Assembly (NCBI RefSeq): GCF_036321535.1
Contig: NC_087437.1
Location: 114,516,001-114,580,000 of the forward strand
Length of the DNA: 64,000 nucleotides
Reading direction: 5' to 3'
Origin: Camelus dromedarius
Taxonomy: Eukaryota
A program made the translations under genes and the position numbers. Position 1 is the stretch's first letter. Each line of letters opens with the position of its first letter. The notes under the pieces are model-generated. The model was not told where the DNA came from and did no database searches. It saw only the letters and a program-made list of their open reading frames with translations. Positions 51,780 through 64,000 of the stretch are shown piece after piece.

Positions 51780-52175
51780 TGTGGCAACAGGTGCGATTGA
51801 GTTAGGATTCTGAGCAAAGGCGCTTATCCTGAATCACCCAGGTGGGCTCTAAATGCCATCACATGTGCCCTTGTGCAATAAAGGCAGAGCAAGTTTTGAG
51901 AAAGAAGAAGAGGAGGCATTGTGGCCACAGAGGCAGTGACTGGAGCGATGCAGCCCCAGGCGAAGAAACACCTGCAGCCCCCAGAAAGTAAGACACCCCA
52001 GAAGGTGGGAGAGGCAAGGAAGGCTTCGGCTCCTCTGGAAACTTACAGGAGCACAGCCCTGCAGGCACCTTGATTTCAGACTTCTGGCCTCCAGGACTTT
52101 AAGAGAATAGATTTCTGTTGTTTTAAGCTACCCAGTTTGTGATCATTTGTTATGGAAGCCCCCAGAAAGTAAGAC
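51780..52175 (+). mobile_element. MaLR (MLT1-like) LTR
   Basis: caccttgatttcagacttctggcctccag...ttgttttaagctacccagtttgt signature. Confidence 0.75.
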
Positions 52176-52784
52176 ACCCATGTTCTTTGCATATTTAGCC
52201 AACAGCTTGGCCACATTTGTGACTCAGTGTAAGCTTTGGAAGACCACCCCAAACAGCCATGATGTAAAAAACCTCTGGCGTCTCTTTTTTGGTAGCTATC
52301 CCTAGGATTATTGGCTGTACCAATGTGTTGCTATTGGAGAATAAGTAGCCCAGAAAGTTCCTTGCCTTCAGCCAAGGAACACAAACAATCAGCAATGTCT
52401 CTTCTTTTGTGTGAGCTCTTGGTCTACGTGGTAGGGTTCCCACCTCTCCCTGCAGATAGAACATGCTATCCAGTGGTACAGAGCACTGCTGGCTCTTCAG
52501 ACAGTTCAAGAAAGGAGAGGCTACCACGTGGACCTCAGCCCAAGAGCAAGTGACTTTGAACCACCCGCAGGAAGGTGGGCTGATCTCTCTTGCCCACCAG
52601 TGACCTGTGCTATTTCTGAAATACAGGACCTAAACAGAGTGAATCGACTGTGAGGAAATCAAAGAGAAAGAAGTGGTAGGAACAAGAGAGGTTTTGTGCT
52701 GTGCTGGCTGAGTTAACAAACATGCTACAGCAGCAGTGTATCAAAGAGGTTGTTGGTGGAGCCACGTGGACAACGTGGTGATAT

Positions 52785-55700
52785 AACAAAAGCAATTTGC
52801 AAAATTGTTCTGTAACTTGTTCTGGAATTTCTTAAAAAGCCGGAACCTCTGGCTTCTGCTTGAGTTCGGCCAGTGGAGCCCCAGCTCCTCCCCACTGGGC
52901 CCAGCAAAAGCTAGCTCAGTTTTGTGCTCAAGAGAGAAACTGTGGGCACAGACTATTTCAGCAACTGGTCTAATTTACAAATTTTTATCAATCTATGCCC
53001 ACATCCCAGGCTTAATAATTCCTGCCTTTAAACCCCCTGATGACTACCTCTTCCACAAAGCAGAAACAAAGACAAAGACAAAAAAATACTTCATAAAACC
53101 CAAGTGCTCAAACTATTTGGAGAGGCAACTTGACTGGATTCATTTGCCCAGTAGCACCCTTGCCTGGCGAGTTTCTAATAAATTCAACTTGTGGGTTTTT
53201 TTTTAATCTCGAACGTTTTTATGGTGGCTTTTTATGGGGAGCTTTAACAGACTTGGAGGTCCTAGTGACTATCTAGCCAAAATCCCCTCCTCCTTGTTGG
53301 CCCAACACTCCACGTCAGTAACAGCATACATCCTAAGACCCACTGGGTGCCCTGATCTGAGGTCCTCAGACGTCACCGTCAGTAAGTCTTCAACATCACG
53401 TCCGGGCTCCCATTCGTTTTCATCGAGCTGAGATTATTTTAAATCCAATCATTATCCTTTAGGAGTTGTTTAACTTCCTATACCATTCTATTCACATTCC
53501 TCGTTGGACATCTGACAAAGCATTCATTTACCACTAATCACTCTTTTTGCCTCTCTGCCATAGATGTTTCCTGTCTAGAAGAGGAAGATTTTAGGGTGGG
53601 AGGCATACATAGTTCTGACAAGTCTACCTCCAAAGTGGCCCTGAGGATAAATGGTGAAAGGTCTGGGGAGTCTGGCTTCCCTTCCCATCTTTTTCTTGGG
53701 TCACCCATTAAAACTTCACAAGTGCTTTCTTTAGTCTCATCTATATGTAAGAAGTTGGCTCTAGAAGAAGTCTTCTCTTACCACACTCCATCTTCAAGGG
53801 CCATTAATTTGTCACATCAGTGACTGGAACTGGCTCAACTTCAAGTTGAGGGGCCCAAGACATGGGTTACACGTCCTCCTGACTGCTAGCCAATACCTAC
53901 TAACAAGACTACCATTCTTCCCGGCAGAAGTCCTGACGCCTTCTTACATGTAGTTTCCCTCAATCTTAATACCTGCTATTGTCCCTGTATTATTTCATAA
54001 TCCCACCAGGGTAATATGGATTTGCAGTGGCCACTTTGAAGAATTTCTGGTATGACAAAAATTGACCATCTAAAGGGTACCTTAAAACAGAGACAAACCA
54101 AAACCCTTCATAAACTTGGTCAGCATTTTTGATCGGTGTGAGGAAACTTCAAAAAGAAAATCAGATCCAAATGGCACCCTTACAATATAGCTTAGGCAAA
54201 GATAATGACAAGAGTGAAAAACTTACAACTGTGTATTCATTCGAGTCACCATGAGCAAAAACCAATATGTGTACCCTGCATAAAAATCTACCTCTTCCTC
54301 CCTTCTCTGTGTCCTCCCTAGCTTCTGCTCTCTGCCTGACTCTGACTCCCCTTTCTGTCCCTCTGGTCCACCTGAATCACCTAAATCTCAGTAGTCCCTT
54401 GGAGTCAGACAACTGGAAACCTTCAAATAGATTTGAAACCACTGCATGCATTAGAATTCAGAGCCATTAATGATTCTCCTAAAATTTTACTGAGAAACCC
54501 AGAAAAGTCTTATGAACTTATAATCCTGGACTGCCAGGCTTATATCAGGTAGTTCACACACTGGTGGGCTCCCCAGATGCTAAATGGAAAACAGTCACTA
54601 GCATGAGGTTACAGAGAACTTCAGGGACCCTGAGTTCCACGGGACAGCCAACAGGTCAGCAGGCTGTCACAACAGGACATACTCTTCTGAAGATCACATC
54701 AGAAATGTTCCCTGTAACAATTTCCTGGGCTTTTAGTTTGGTGCAGCCACTGTGGAAAACAGTATGGAGATTCCTCAAAAGACTAGGAATAGACTTACCA
54801 TAAGACCCAGGAATCCCGCTCCTGGGCATATATACAGAAGGAACCCTACTTCAGGATGACACCTGCACCCCAATGTTCATAGCAGCACTATTTACAATAG
54901 CCAAGACATGGAAACAGCCTAAATGTCCATCAACAGATGACTGGATAAAGAAGATGTGGCATATTTATACAATGGAATACTACTCAGCCATAAAAATGAC
55001 AATGTAACACCATTTGCAGCAACATGGATGCTCCTGGAGAATGTCATTCTAAGTGAGGTAAGCCAGAAAAAGAAAGAAAAATACCATATGAGATCACTCA
55101 TATGTGAAATCTAAAAAAAAAAAAAACAAAACAACAAAGCATAAATACAAAACAGAAATAGACTCATAGACATAGAATACAAACTTGTGGTTGCCAAGGG
55201 GGTGGGGGTGGGAAGAGATAGACTGGGATTTCAAAATTGTAGAATAGATAAACAAGATTATACTGTCTAGCACAGGGAAATATATACAAGATCTTATGGT
55301 AGCTCATGGAGAAAAAAATGTGACAATGAATACATATATGTTCATGTATGACTGAAAAATTGTGCTCTACACTGGAGTTTGACACAACATTATAAAATGA
55401 TTATAAATCTATAAAAAATGTTAAAAAATTTCCTGGGCTTTTATTCAGTTTTGTAAACAAGATAAAGATGAAACCATCGGGCAATTCAGAGACAGATTAA
55501 TGAACGTATTTCACAATAGTTGGCATAGACACTGGAGTCAATTTCACTGTAGATCTTTTTCTGTCATTTGTAAATGGATTAAAAACTTAATCGATTTGCA
55601 AAAGCAAGTTAGAATGGAAAATAACTCCCTTACCTCAACTACAGCAGCCAGCAGAATACTTTTAGAAGGAAAGAGATCAAACTCAAACTAAAACTCAGAA

Positions 55701-57355
55701 TAAACGGAAGATTCTCCAAGTTAAACAATGACATGTTTTCCACAGAAGTAACTGCTGGGACCCATAAATGGGGAGATTACTCAGGTAAGTGCAAGCAAAA
55801 AAGAAATGGGAAAAAAATAACTATCTTGTATTAGCTATGAAATAACAAAAGAAAATTAAGATGCCCAAACAAAGAATTCTCTGACAAAAAAACAAGCACC
55901 CAGTTCCCTGCTGATGCCTACTCTCGGGAAGTTCCCTGGTATTCATCAGGGTCCCACTGTCCCACTGATTTCTCCTCTAAGAAAAGGCAATCTCTAGACC
56001 TCTTAATTCAAGAAAAAGAAAACGTAAGCCTCAATTTAAAACCAGAAATCTTAACATGGTGGGGCGGGGACAATTCTGGGCTGCTTTATTCTGTCTTCGG
56101 GCATATCTAGCTTACGCCTTAAAGAAGGTCTAAGAAAGGGTGCAAATAACCCTGCATGGTGTGGTTCAGAGAATGACAGGAGAACCAGACAGTGCCACTA
56201 AGGCCAACATCTCCTTGCCAGAGAAACTCACAAGATTGGACAGGCAATGGGTTAAAAAATATATATATATATATAGCCCTCCTGGACAGAGGAATGCCTT
56301 CTCAAGGCAGAATATGTGCAATTGTCAGGGAAGAATGCTGTTATTTCCATCCCTACCGTCTTTTCAATGATCTTTGTCATTAATTAAAGAGATCTGGAAA
56401 ACAACAGCATGAGAAAAGTTCATAAAAAAAAGGCTCTTCAAATTGTTTTCTTGGCTTAATTGGGTACACTTGGTTCTTGGTCTAGAAATAGACTATCAGC
56501 TCAGTGTTTGTCAGTGTTGCAATGATCAAATACGTGGTTCCAAAGAACCTTAAACATTGCCATGTAGCTGCTGTTTTATCAGATGATCTTATTGACAGAA
56601 GCTATAACACCTACTGAAACTCAAGTGACCTCCACCATAACCCTCTACTTAACTCAGTGGTGTAGGTATAGACTGGCCATCTAGGCTAGGATGTGGGCTG
56701 TCCCATAGACACGGTTGAAGTATGATCCGATAATTCTGACTGAGAGAGAGAAATGTGAAGCAATTATATCTCGCCAACTAGATGCAGAAACCAAAACCTT
56801 AAAAAACAGAAAGACTGAGCTCAAACAGCTCAAGCAAAAATTTGCTTGGTGGATTCATGTGTTTCCAAAAGATAAGCTAAGAAATAAACTGTACAAATAC
56901 AAACCATTCTGGCAACTCTCCTAATTTACAAATTCTGACCAACCCCAGTTTATGTCTCAATTTCTAATTCCTGCCTCGTGACTTATAATCCAAGCAAAAC
57001 CTTGTGAAACCCAATAGCTCAAGACCTTTGCGCAATCTATTGGATGAAATTCATTCAACCAGTGGCTTCCTTGCCTGACAAGTTTTTGATAAACAGAGGC
57101 CTTTTATTATTATTTTTTTGGTGACTTATCCATCTTTGTTATTTTTTTTAATCGAAGTAGAGTTGATTTACAATGTTGTGTTAGTTTTTGGTGTACAGTA
57201 AAGTGATCCGGGTATACATACATATATTCTTTTCCATATTTCACATTTTCCCTTTAGTAACCATAAGTTTGTTTTCTATGTCTGTGAGTCTATTTCTGTT
57301 TTGTAAATAAGTTCAACACAGATTTCTCGGATGCTCCTATATGGGGTCCTTGACA
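52785..57355 (+). mobile_element. Decayed ERV1 (gamma-like) provirus: 5'LTR, gag remnant, env TM remnant, PPT, 3'LTR; no pol
   Basis: Homologous LTRs (about 52785-53249 and 56754-57355). TGG PBS-like start at 53254. Gag MHR-like IQFCKQDKDETIGQFRDRL. Env CX6CC (CAIVREECC). Purine tract at 56742-56753. Confidence 0.7.
54736..55426 (+). mobile_element. Young-looking 5'-truncated L1 inserted in the ERV gag
   Basis: Perfect 17-bp TSD AATTTCCTGGGCTTTTA at 54719-54735 and 55427-55443. Confidence 0.9.
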
Positions 57356-58111
57356 GCTCATTGGGTAATATTCAGGAAAAAGTAAATAGGGCTTTCTATC
57401 CTCTTGAATTTGCTTTCCTCTGTACTATTTATAGCCAGTGATTCTGGGATGGGGACTACAAGAATGAGGAAACGGTTTCCTCAAACAGCACACCCCCTTA
57501 CTTTCCCAAATTCTCTAACAAGATGCTGCCATGCAACTCAAAACTGAGACGCAGAAGTACAGTAGCCACTGTCAGTAATGGAGCCATGGTGCTTCCACCA
57601 GGAGTGCTGGAGAAGAGTGTTGAAACCACCAGCTTATAAATCACCAACGCAAACCCACAAATGTAGGTGGTAGGAAAATAAGTCAGCATAACTGATTTTT
57701 TTAAACTAAGATTTCAAGAAGTACCTCTCCAAGTCACTGCTCCCATCTCTCTCCCATGTGATATGACCTGCTTCCTGGGTGGGTGAGAACTCTGTGTGTG
57801 AACCAGAGGAAGGACACACAGGGTGGAACCATCAGAGGTAGCAAGGTCACTGGAGGTGGGGTGAGGCAACATGGTGGTGTGCAGCCTGAAGCCACCATCA
57901 CTGTCCACATTATTAGTGCTGTGGATGCTGGTTCCCACCCCCACCCCATGTCCAAATTCAGCATCCCTAAAGCACTGCTGTACTTCATGCACATCCACTC
58001 CATGCTAAAAGCTTTGAAGGGCAGCTACCACTGGAAATATAACCAGGCCCTTGGCAGGGCCGGTCTTTGGACAATTATAAAGGACACAGAAACAGACTGC
58101 TTCTAGAAAAG

Positions 58112-58509
58112 TGTTGGTTTGCAAACTGGCCCCCATACACAGAGGGCAAGGAGGAACCAAAGAAAGAGGCAGACCATTCCAGGTTGGTAGGTGGCAGGTT
58201 TAATAAGCAAAGCAACTCACCTGTGAGGCTCGCCTTGGGCCGTAAGATGAGTAGACCTCTGCATTCTCCTGACAGTACCTTGAAAATTTCTGTAGAGACC
58301 TTAACTGGGTTCAGTCATGTGCACAGACCAGATGATCTCAACGCCTTACTCTCTCAAGGCTGTGTCCTTGAAAACAGCTCCCACCGTGGGAACAGTGGGC
58401 AGAGCAAGCAGTCCAAGGACAGGGAGGGGTAGAGAGCCTCCAGTTGCCTGGGTCCAGCTGGAAGGAAGATCAGCTGGTGGTCACATCACGTCAATTACCT
58501 TCTCCAACA
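58112..58509 (-). mobile_element. Solo LTR
   Basis: Inverted termini TGTTGG...CCAACA, flanks AAAAG/GAAAG, ATTAAA on the minus strand. Confidence 0.65.
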
Positions 58510-58552
58510 GAAAGCTGCGAGAATTCTTGAATTCTTGGAATCTGTGCATTAA

Positions 58553-58762
<210 letters not shown>

Positions 58763-59240
58763 TAGAAAACTGACAAGGAAAATCACAGGACTCTCAGAAT
58801 TTTTGACCAATAGGAACTGAAGTTTCAGAAAAATGTTCTAGGCTCCAAAGGACTCCTGACCTAGCCTGTTGCCATTTGGGTCCAAGAAACATCATAGTGA
58901 CAGCATTGCAGTTGGGTCAGAGCGACCTCATTCTCTGAAGCAGGAACATCTGCTTCAGTGCAGGTAATCCCACAGCAGAATTCAGGTAGTTGATTTGAAC
59001 TCCAAGGGTCACTTTAGGTCAGTGCTGTCAAGACCAGCTTTTGGGAGGTCTTGGCCTCTCAAGGCATCATCCCTGACGAGAAGCTCCTCCTCCAGATGAC
59101 CAGTGGACAGAGCTCCGCAGCAGCCAGCTTCAGCTGGCGCAAGATGTCTTTGATTTCCCAGCAGGTGGCATCTCACCACAGATCCAGGGATCGCTGCTGC
59201 TTGAGACCACCTCCCTGGCTCCATCAAGATGCACAGGCTG

Positions 59241-59562
59241 GAGACTCAGGACGGGAAAGCACAGGACACTGGCCCCCAGATGGCTAAGGTGCACATCAGA
59301 GGAATGATTTCAATGAGCCCAGGCTCCTGCATCTTCCCACACATAGAAAAATGCTAAACTCCTTAACTTGAGATATTTGGTTTTCTTTAACAGTAACCCT
59401 TTGATGTTCTGACTACCTGATCTCTGTTGCAAAAATTCCTATATATCCTGGCTTCTCCCTTATATCTTCAGAGCAGCCCCTTAGAACGATCTGAGAGACT
59501 GCCTCCCGGGGTTGAAGTCCTCAGAAAATCCACCAAATAAAACATAATTCTCCAAAAAAAAA
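59241..59562 (+). mobile_element. Partial LTR ending in poly(A) with a direct repeat (putative retrocopy)
   Basis: Homologous to 33360-33700. AATAAA at 59536-59541, A9 at 59554-59562, GCACAGGCTG at 59231-59240 and 59563-59572. Confidence 0.65.
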
Positions 59563-61797
59563 GCACAGGCTGACCTGAGCACAAAAATGACCATTCTGAC
59601 ATTCACAGGGTCCATCTCCAGCAGCTACTTCCCCACAGACCAGAGGCACCAAGGCGGTTTTCTGCCCAGGTCTCCATGCTAACAAGGTTCATGTTTTCAG
59701 CACTAGATGGAGATCGGGGTCTTCAGTGCTAAGGAGATTCCAGGGGTAAAACCTGGAAATGAAGTCCAGGCCCCAGCTGTGCTGGCCTCTGTGAAGTATG
59801 CCTTGGGCTGCCCGCTTCCTCCCCTGCACAGTCAGGGTCTCCAACCCTGCAACCAGCAGTCCGGGGCCTCTGCCGACAGCTGTGACATTATCTGCCCACA
59901 TGACCACGAGGCTATCACCATCCCAGGCATGGTGGCTTTTTCAGAATCAGTCTCTTTCAGCCCTTCTTGGATTCCTCCCAAGCCACATTCTTCCAGATCT
60001 TTGTGCTGCTGGCTGGGACTCCGTGTTCTCATTGCCCCAGGATTTTGCCACCCACTGGGGCTCTGCTCCCATAATCAGCCTGCAGCACCACCAGAACCCT
60101 TCTCTAAGGCATCTCCAACCATGTTGTGCCTCCAGGGTGTTGTGAAGCCAGCACACCCTCCCCATTAATCAGCTCAAAAAGTCAAGTAAATAAACTGAGT
60201 CCCTGCAGGGACTTGCATGTCTCTGATAACAGTGACACCCCGAGTCCATGTCAGAGCTGGCCCCAGGACACTGAAGCATCTCTTGATGCAGATTTCACTG
60301 TCATGTCTGTTTCGACAGACCTAGAACTTGGTCATGCTCATTAGCTTATTTTTATTTGTAGGCGCTTGAAGATTGTTTTCCTTTATTGAATCTTAGGGTC
60401 TTAGATTTGCCTCAGATTTGACCCAAGATTGGCTGAGACTTCTGGCCATGTGCAGAACTTCTTCCTCGATTGCTAAAATCTCCTCCATTACCCTTTCTAA
60501 AAGCTCTACTCAGAAGTTTTCAGCAGATGAAATGACTGGGGTCAGTCTCAGAGAAAGGACTGACTCTGTCATTGTTGGAATTCTATTTCTCTCCAGGGAA
60601 AACTATTTTCCCTACTCTGGCTGAGAATTAGGGAAGAGAATAAACATGAACTTCAGCTGTCCTGAAGGAGCTCTCATCATCAACTCATGGAAACTCAAAA
60701 TGCACGGCACAAATAAACCTCTGTTCTCAGCTTCATGGCCAGATGCCAAAAAGCCACATGAGAGTAAAGAATCAAGCTTTTTTTTTTCTGTCTTTTGGGC
60801 GAGTGTGAATCAAGATGTCTAGCCTTCTCATTTCATCCTTTGGTAAGTTGCTAGGGCCTTGGCCAGGCCCCCAGTGGTGCAGCCTGTACCCAGGGGACCC
60901 CATTCTTCTCTCTCATCACAGAAGAGCATCTGGAGTTGTCCCAGGAGACTTCACTTGCTGTACTGAGAGGCCACCGTGGTCTGCCTGTGAAGGAAGACGT
61001 GGTGGTACGTGTCGGTCTTTTGATACAATTCCCAGCACCTCCGCAGACCCAGGACTCCCAGTGCCATGGTGTGGGAAGGCCTCACTGGCAGGCAGCTCCC
61101 AAGGCTGCAAAACATTCTAGACAGCTTCCCGGCTGGCACCAGACCTCAGCTGGCTGCCCACGCACAGAGGGAAAGGCTGGCCCAGCGGGAGAAGCCTATT
61201 CTCCCAACAAGGAAGGGCTTATTCGATGGAAGGGGAAGAAGAAGAGACTAGAAGTTTCCCTCTCTTCTGGCTCTTCCTCATTCACAACCTCTGCAGTGTT
61301 CAGAGAAAGGCCCCTCTGTTCTGGGATGCGGAAGAGCCAGTGGGTGACTGGCCGTTCCTCACAGAGCTGTGGCTCTCTGCCTGCTGCCCTCAGGAGGATC
61401 TTGGGGCCCAGCCAACCACCAGAGTTGGCAACAGAAGGAAGCTGGTTTGTGATGGTCCAGGGGATTCTTGAAGACAAAGTATAAAACCAATCCCAAATTC
61501 CTGGAGCTAAGCTACTGGCTCTGTCTTCTAATGCTAGACACACAGGACATGTGTAAGAGCTATTCTATTTGTTTTATTTAACAAATCTCTATGACAGGCT
61601 TAAAAATGACCCTCCAAAGGTATATTCGCTTCCTAATTCCCAGCATCTGTATTGCCTTATGTGGCAAAAGAGTGACAATTACTTACAGGACAAAAGATGT
61701 CATTAAGCTAAGGATCTCTAGAGAAGGAGCTTATCCCACATCATCCAAGTGGGCTCCAAATGCCTCCAGAGATGTCCTTATGAAAAAGAGGCAGAGG

Positions 61798-63625
61798 AGA
61801 AAAAGAAGTAAAAGGTATCCAAATTAGAAGGGAAGAAGTAAAACTGTCACTATTTGCAGATGACGTGATGCTCTATGTAGAGAATCTTAAAGTCCCCACC
61901 CAAAGACTATTAGAGCTAATAAATGAATCCAGCAAGGTTACGGGATGCAAGGTTAATATACAGAAATCTGTGCATTTCTATATGCTAATAATGAAATATT
62001 AGAAAAAGAAAGTAAAAAAATAATCCTGCTTAAAATTGCATGCAAAAAAATTACCTAGGAATAAACTTAACCAAGGAGGTAAAAGACCTATACTCTGAGA
62101 ACTATGAAACACTGATTTAAAAAAAACTGAAGATAATTCAAAGAAATAGAAACATACCCCATGCTCTTGGATTAGAAAAATTAATATTATTAAAATGGCC
62201 ATACTACCCAAAGCAATCTACAGATTTCATGCAATCCCTATTAAAATACCCATGACATTTTTCAGAGAACTAGAACAAATAATCCTAAACTTTATATGGC
62301 CTCACCAAAGACCCTGAATTGCCAAAGCAATCCTTAGAAAAAAGAACAAAGCTAGAAGCATAATCCTCCCAGACTTCAGCCTATACTACAAAGATACAGT
62401 GCTCAAAACAGCATGGCAATGGCACAAAAACAGAGTCACATAGATCAATGGAACAGAATAGAGAGCCCAGAAATAAACTGACATACCTATAGTCAATTTG
62501 TCTACGACAAAGGAGGCAAGAATATACAATGGAGAAAAGACAATCTCTTCAATAAGTGGAGCTGGGAAAACTTAACAACTACATATGAAACAATGAGATT
62601 AGAACATTCCCTTACACTACATACAAAAATAAACTCAAAATGGTTTAAAGACCTAAATGTAAGGCTTGAAACCATAAAATTCCTAGAAGAGAACATAAGT
62701 GAAACACTTTTTGACATAAACTGTAGCAATATTTTCTTGGATCAGTCTCCTAAGGCAAAAGAAATAAAAGCAAAAATAAACAAATGGGGCCGAATTAAAC
62801 TTAAAAGCTTTTGCACAGCAAAGGAAACCACTGAGAAAATGAAAAGATGACCTATGGAATTGGAGAAAATACTCGCTAACAACCCAGCCAACAAGGGGTT
62901 AATATCCAAACTATATAAACAGCTCATACAACTCAATACCAAAAGAACAAACAATCCAATCAAAAAATGGGCAGAAGATTTGAATAGATATTTTTCTGAA
63001 GAAGACATGCAGATGGCTAAGGCACATGAAAAGCTCAATATTGCTAATTATTAGGGAAAGGCAAATCAAAACCACAGTGAGGTATCACTTCAAACCTGTC
63101 AAAATGGCCATCATCAAAAAGTCTACAAATAATAAATGTTGTAGAGGCTGTGGAGAAAAGTGGGAATGTAAATTGTTGGGAATGTAAATTGATACGGCTA
63201 CTATGGAAAACAGTGTGGAGGTTCCTTAAAAAACTGAAAATAGAACCACCATATGATCCACCAATTTCACTGCTGGGTATATATCTGAAAAAAATGAAAA
63301 CCCTAATTCACGAGAAGATATGCTCCCCAATGTTCACAGCAGTAACATCTATAACAGACAAGACACGGCAGCAACCCCGGTGCCCATCACCAGACGAATG
63401 GATGAAGAAGATGTGGTACATGTGTGTGTATATATAGAGAGAGAGAGAGAGGGAGGGAGTAATATTCCATTGTATATATATTGTATATAAAATGGATAAG
63501 CAACAAGGATATACTGTACAGCACAGGGAATTATACCCATGATCTTGGAATATAATCTGCAAAAATACTGAGTCACAATGCTGTCCACCTAAAACTAATG
63601 TAATGCTGTATTGACTATACTTAAC
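61798..63625 (+). mobile_element. 5'-truncated L1 (ORF2 RT C-terminal part to 3'UTR) inserted in an MLT1-like LTR
   Basis: LFADD RT motif (ctatttgcagatgac), INSKWFKDLNV and other ORF2 peptides with frameshifts. TSD AAAAGAGGCAGAGG at 61784-61797 and 63626-63639. Confidence 0.9.
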
Positions 63626-64000
63626 AAAAGAGGCAGAGGGAGTCTTCACAGACACACAGAGGGGAAAGCCATGCGAAGACAGACACAGAATGAACTGTGG
63701 CACAGCCACACCTAACTTAGGCTGCAGAATGTGGTCTTGAGCTGGGCACCCACATGCCTATCTGAAACCTAGTTGGTTTTTAAAAAAACGTTCTATGACT
63801 GAAAGAAATAATACTCACCTCTCCAACCAACAAGGGTCCCAGCCAGTTGCTGGATCCAGCAGCAGGAAATAGCTCCCCATCACTCAGGACCTGGAAGTGA
63901 GTTAACAAGTTACATCTCCCACTCGACACTCACCGATTATGCAATCATGAAATACAAACAGGGAAGCCGTGATCAAGATGCCCAGTGGGAAGCGGGAAGA

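Overview
Mammalian genomic DNA, probably camelid (inferred from the tRNA-derived SINEs and L1 3' ends), covering the SETD4-CBR1 locus. SETD4 lies on the minus strand as 10 coding exons with GT-AG boundaries summing to 1323 nt (440 aa + stop), with a CpG-island promoter at about 26-27 kb. CBR1 (carbonyl reductase 1) is divergently oriented on the plus strand as 3 exons, 834 nt (277 aa). It is followed by a ~7 kb tandem duplicate whose exons 1-2 are disabled but whose exon 3, acceptor and poly(A) signals are intact. The rest is repeats: a retroposed 5S rRNA pseudogene with tail and TSD, many L1 fragments, SINEs, MER/MLT elements, a dense LTR cluster between the two promoters, a decayed pol-less ERV1-type provirus, and an LTR copy that looks L1-retroposed. 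I see no convincing new multi-gene system. The best leads are the possibly usable alternative CBR1 last exon, the poly(A)-tailed LTR retrocopy, and the provirus. Repeat family names are from recollection of consensus sequences, not a database search.
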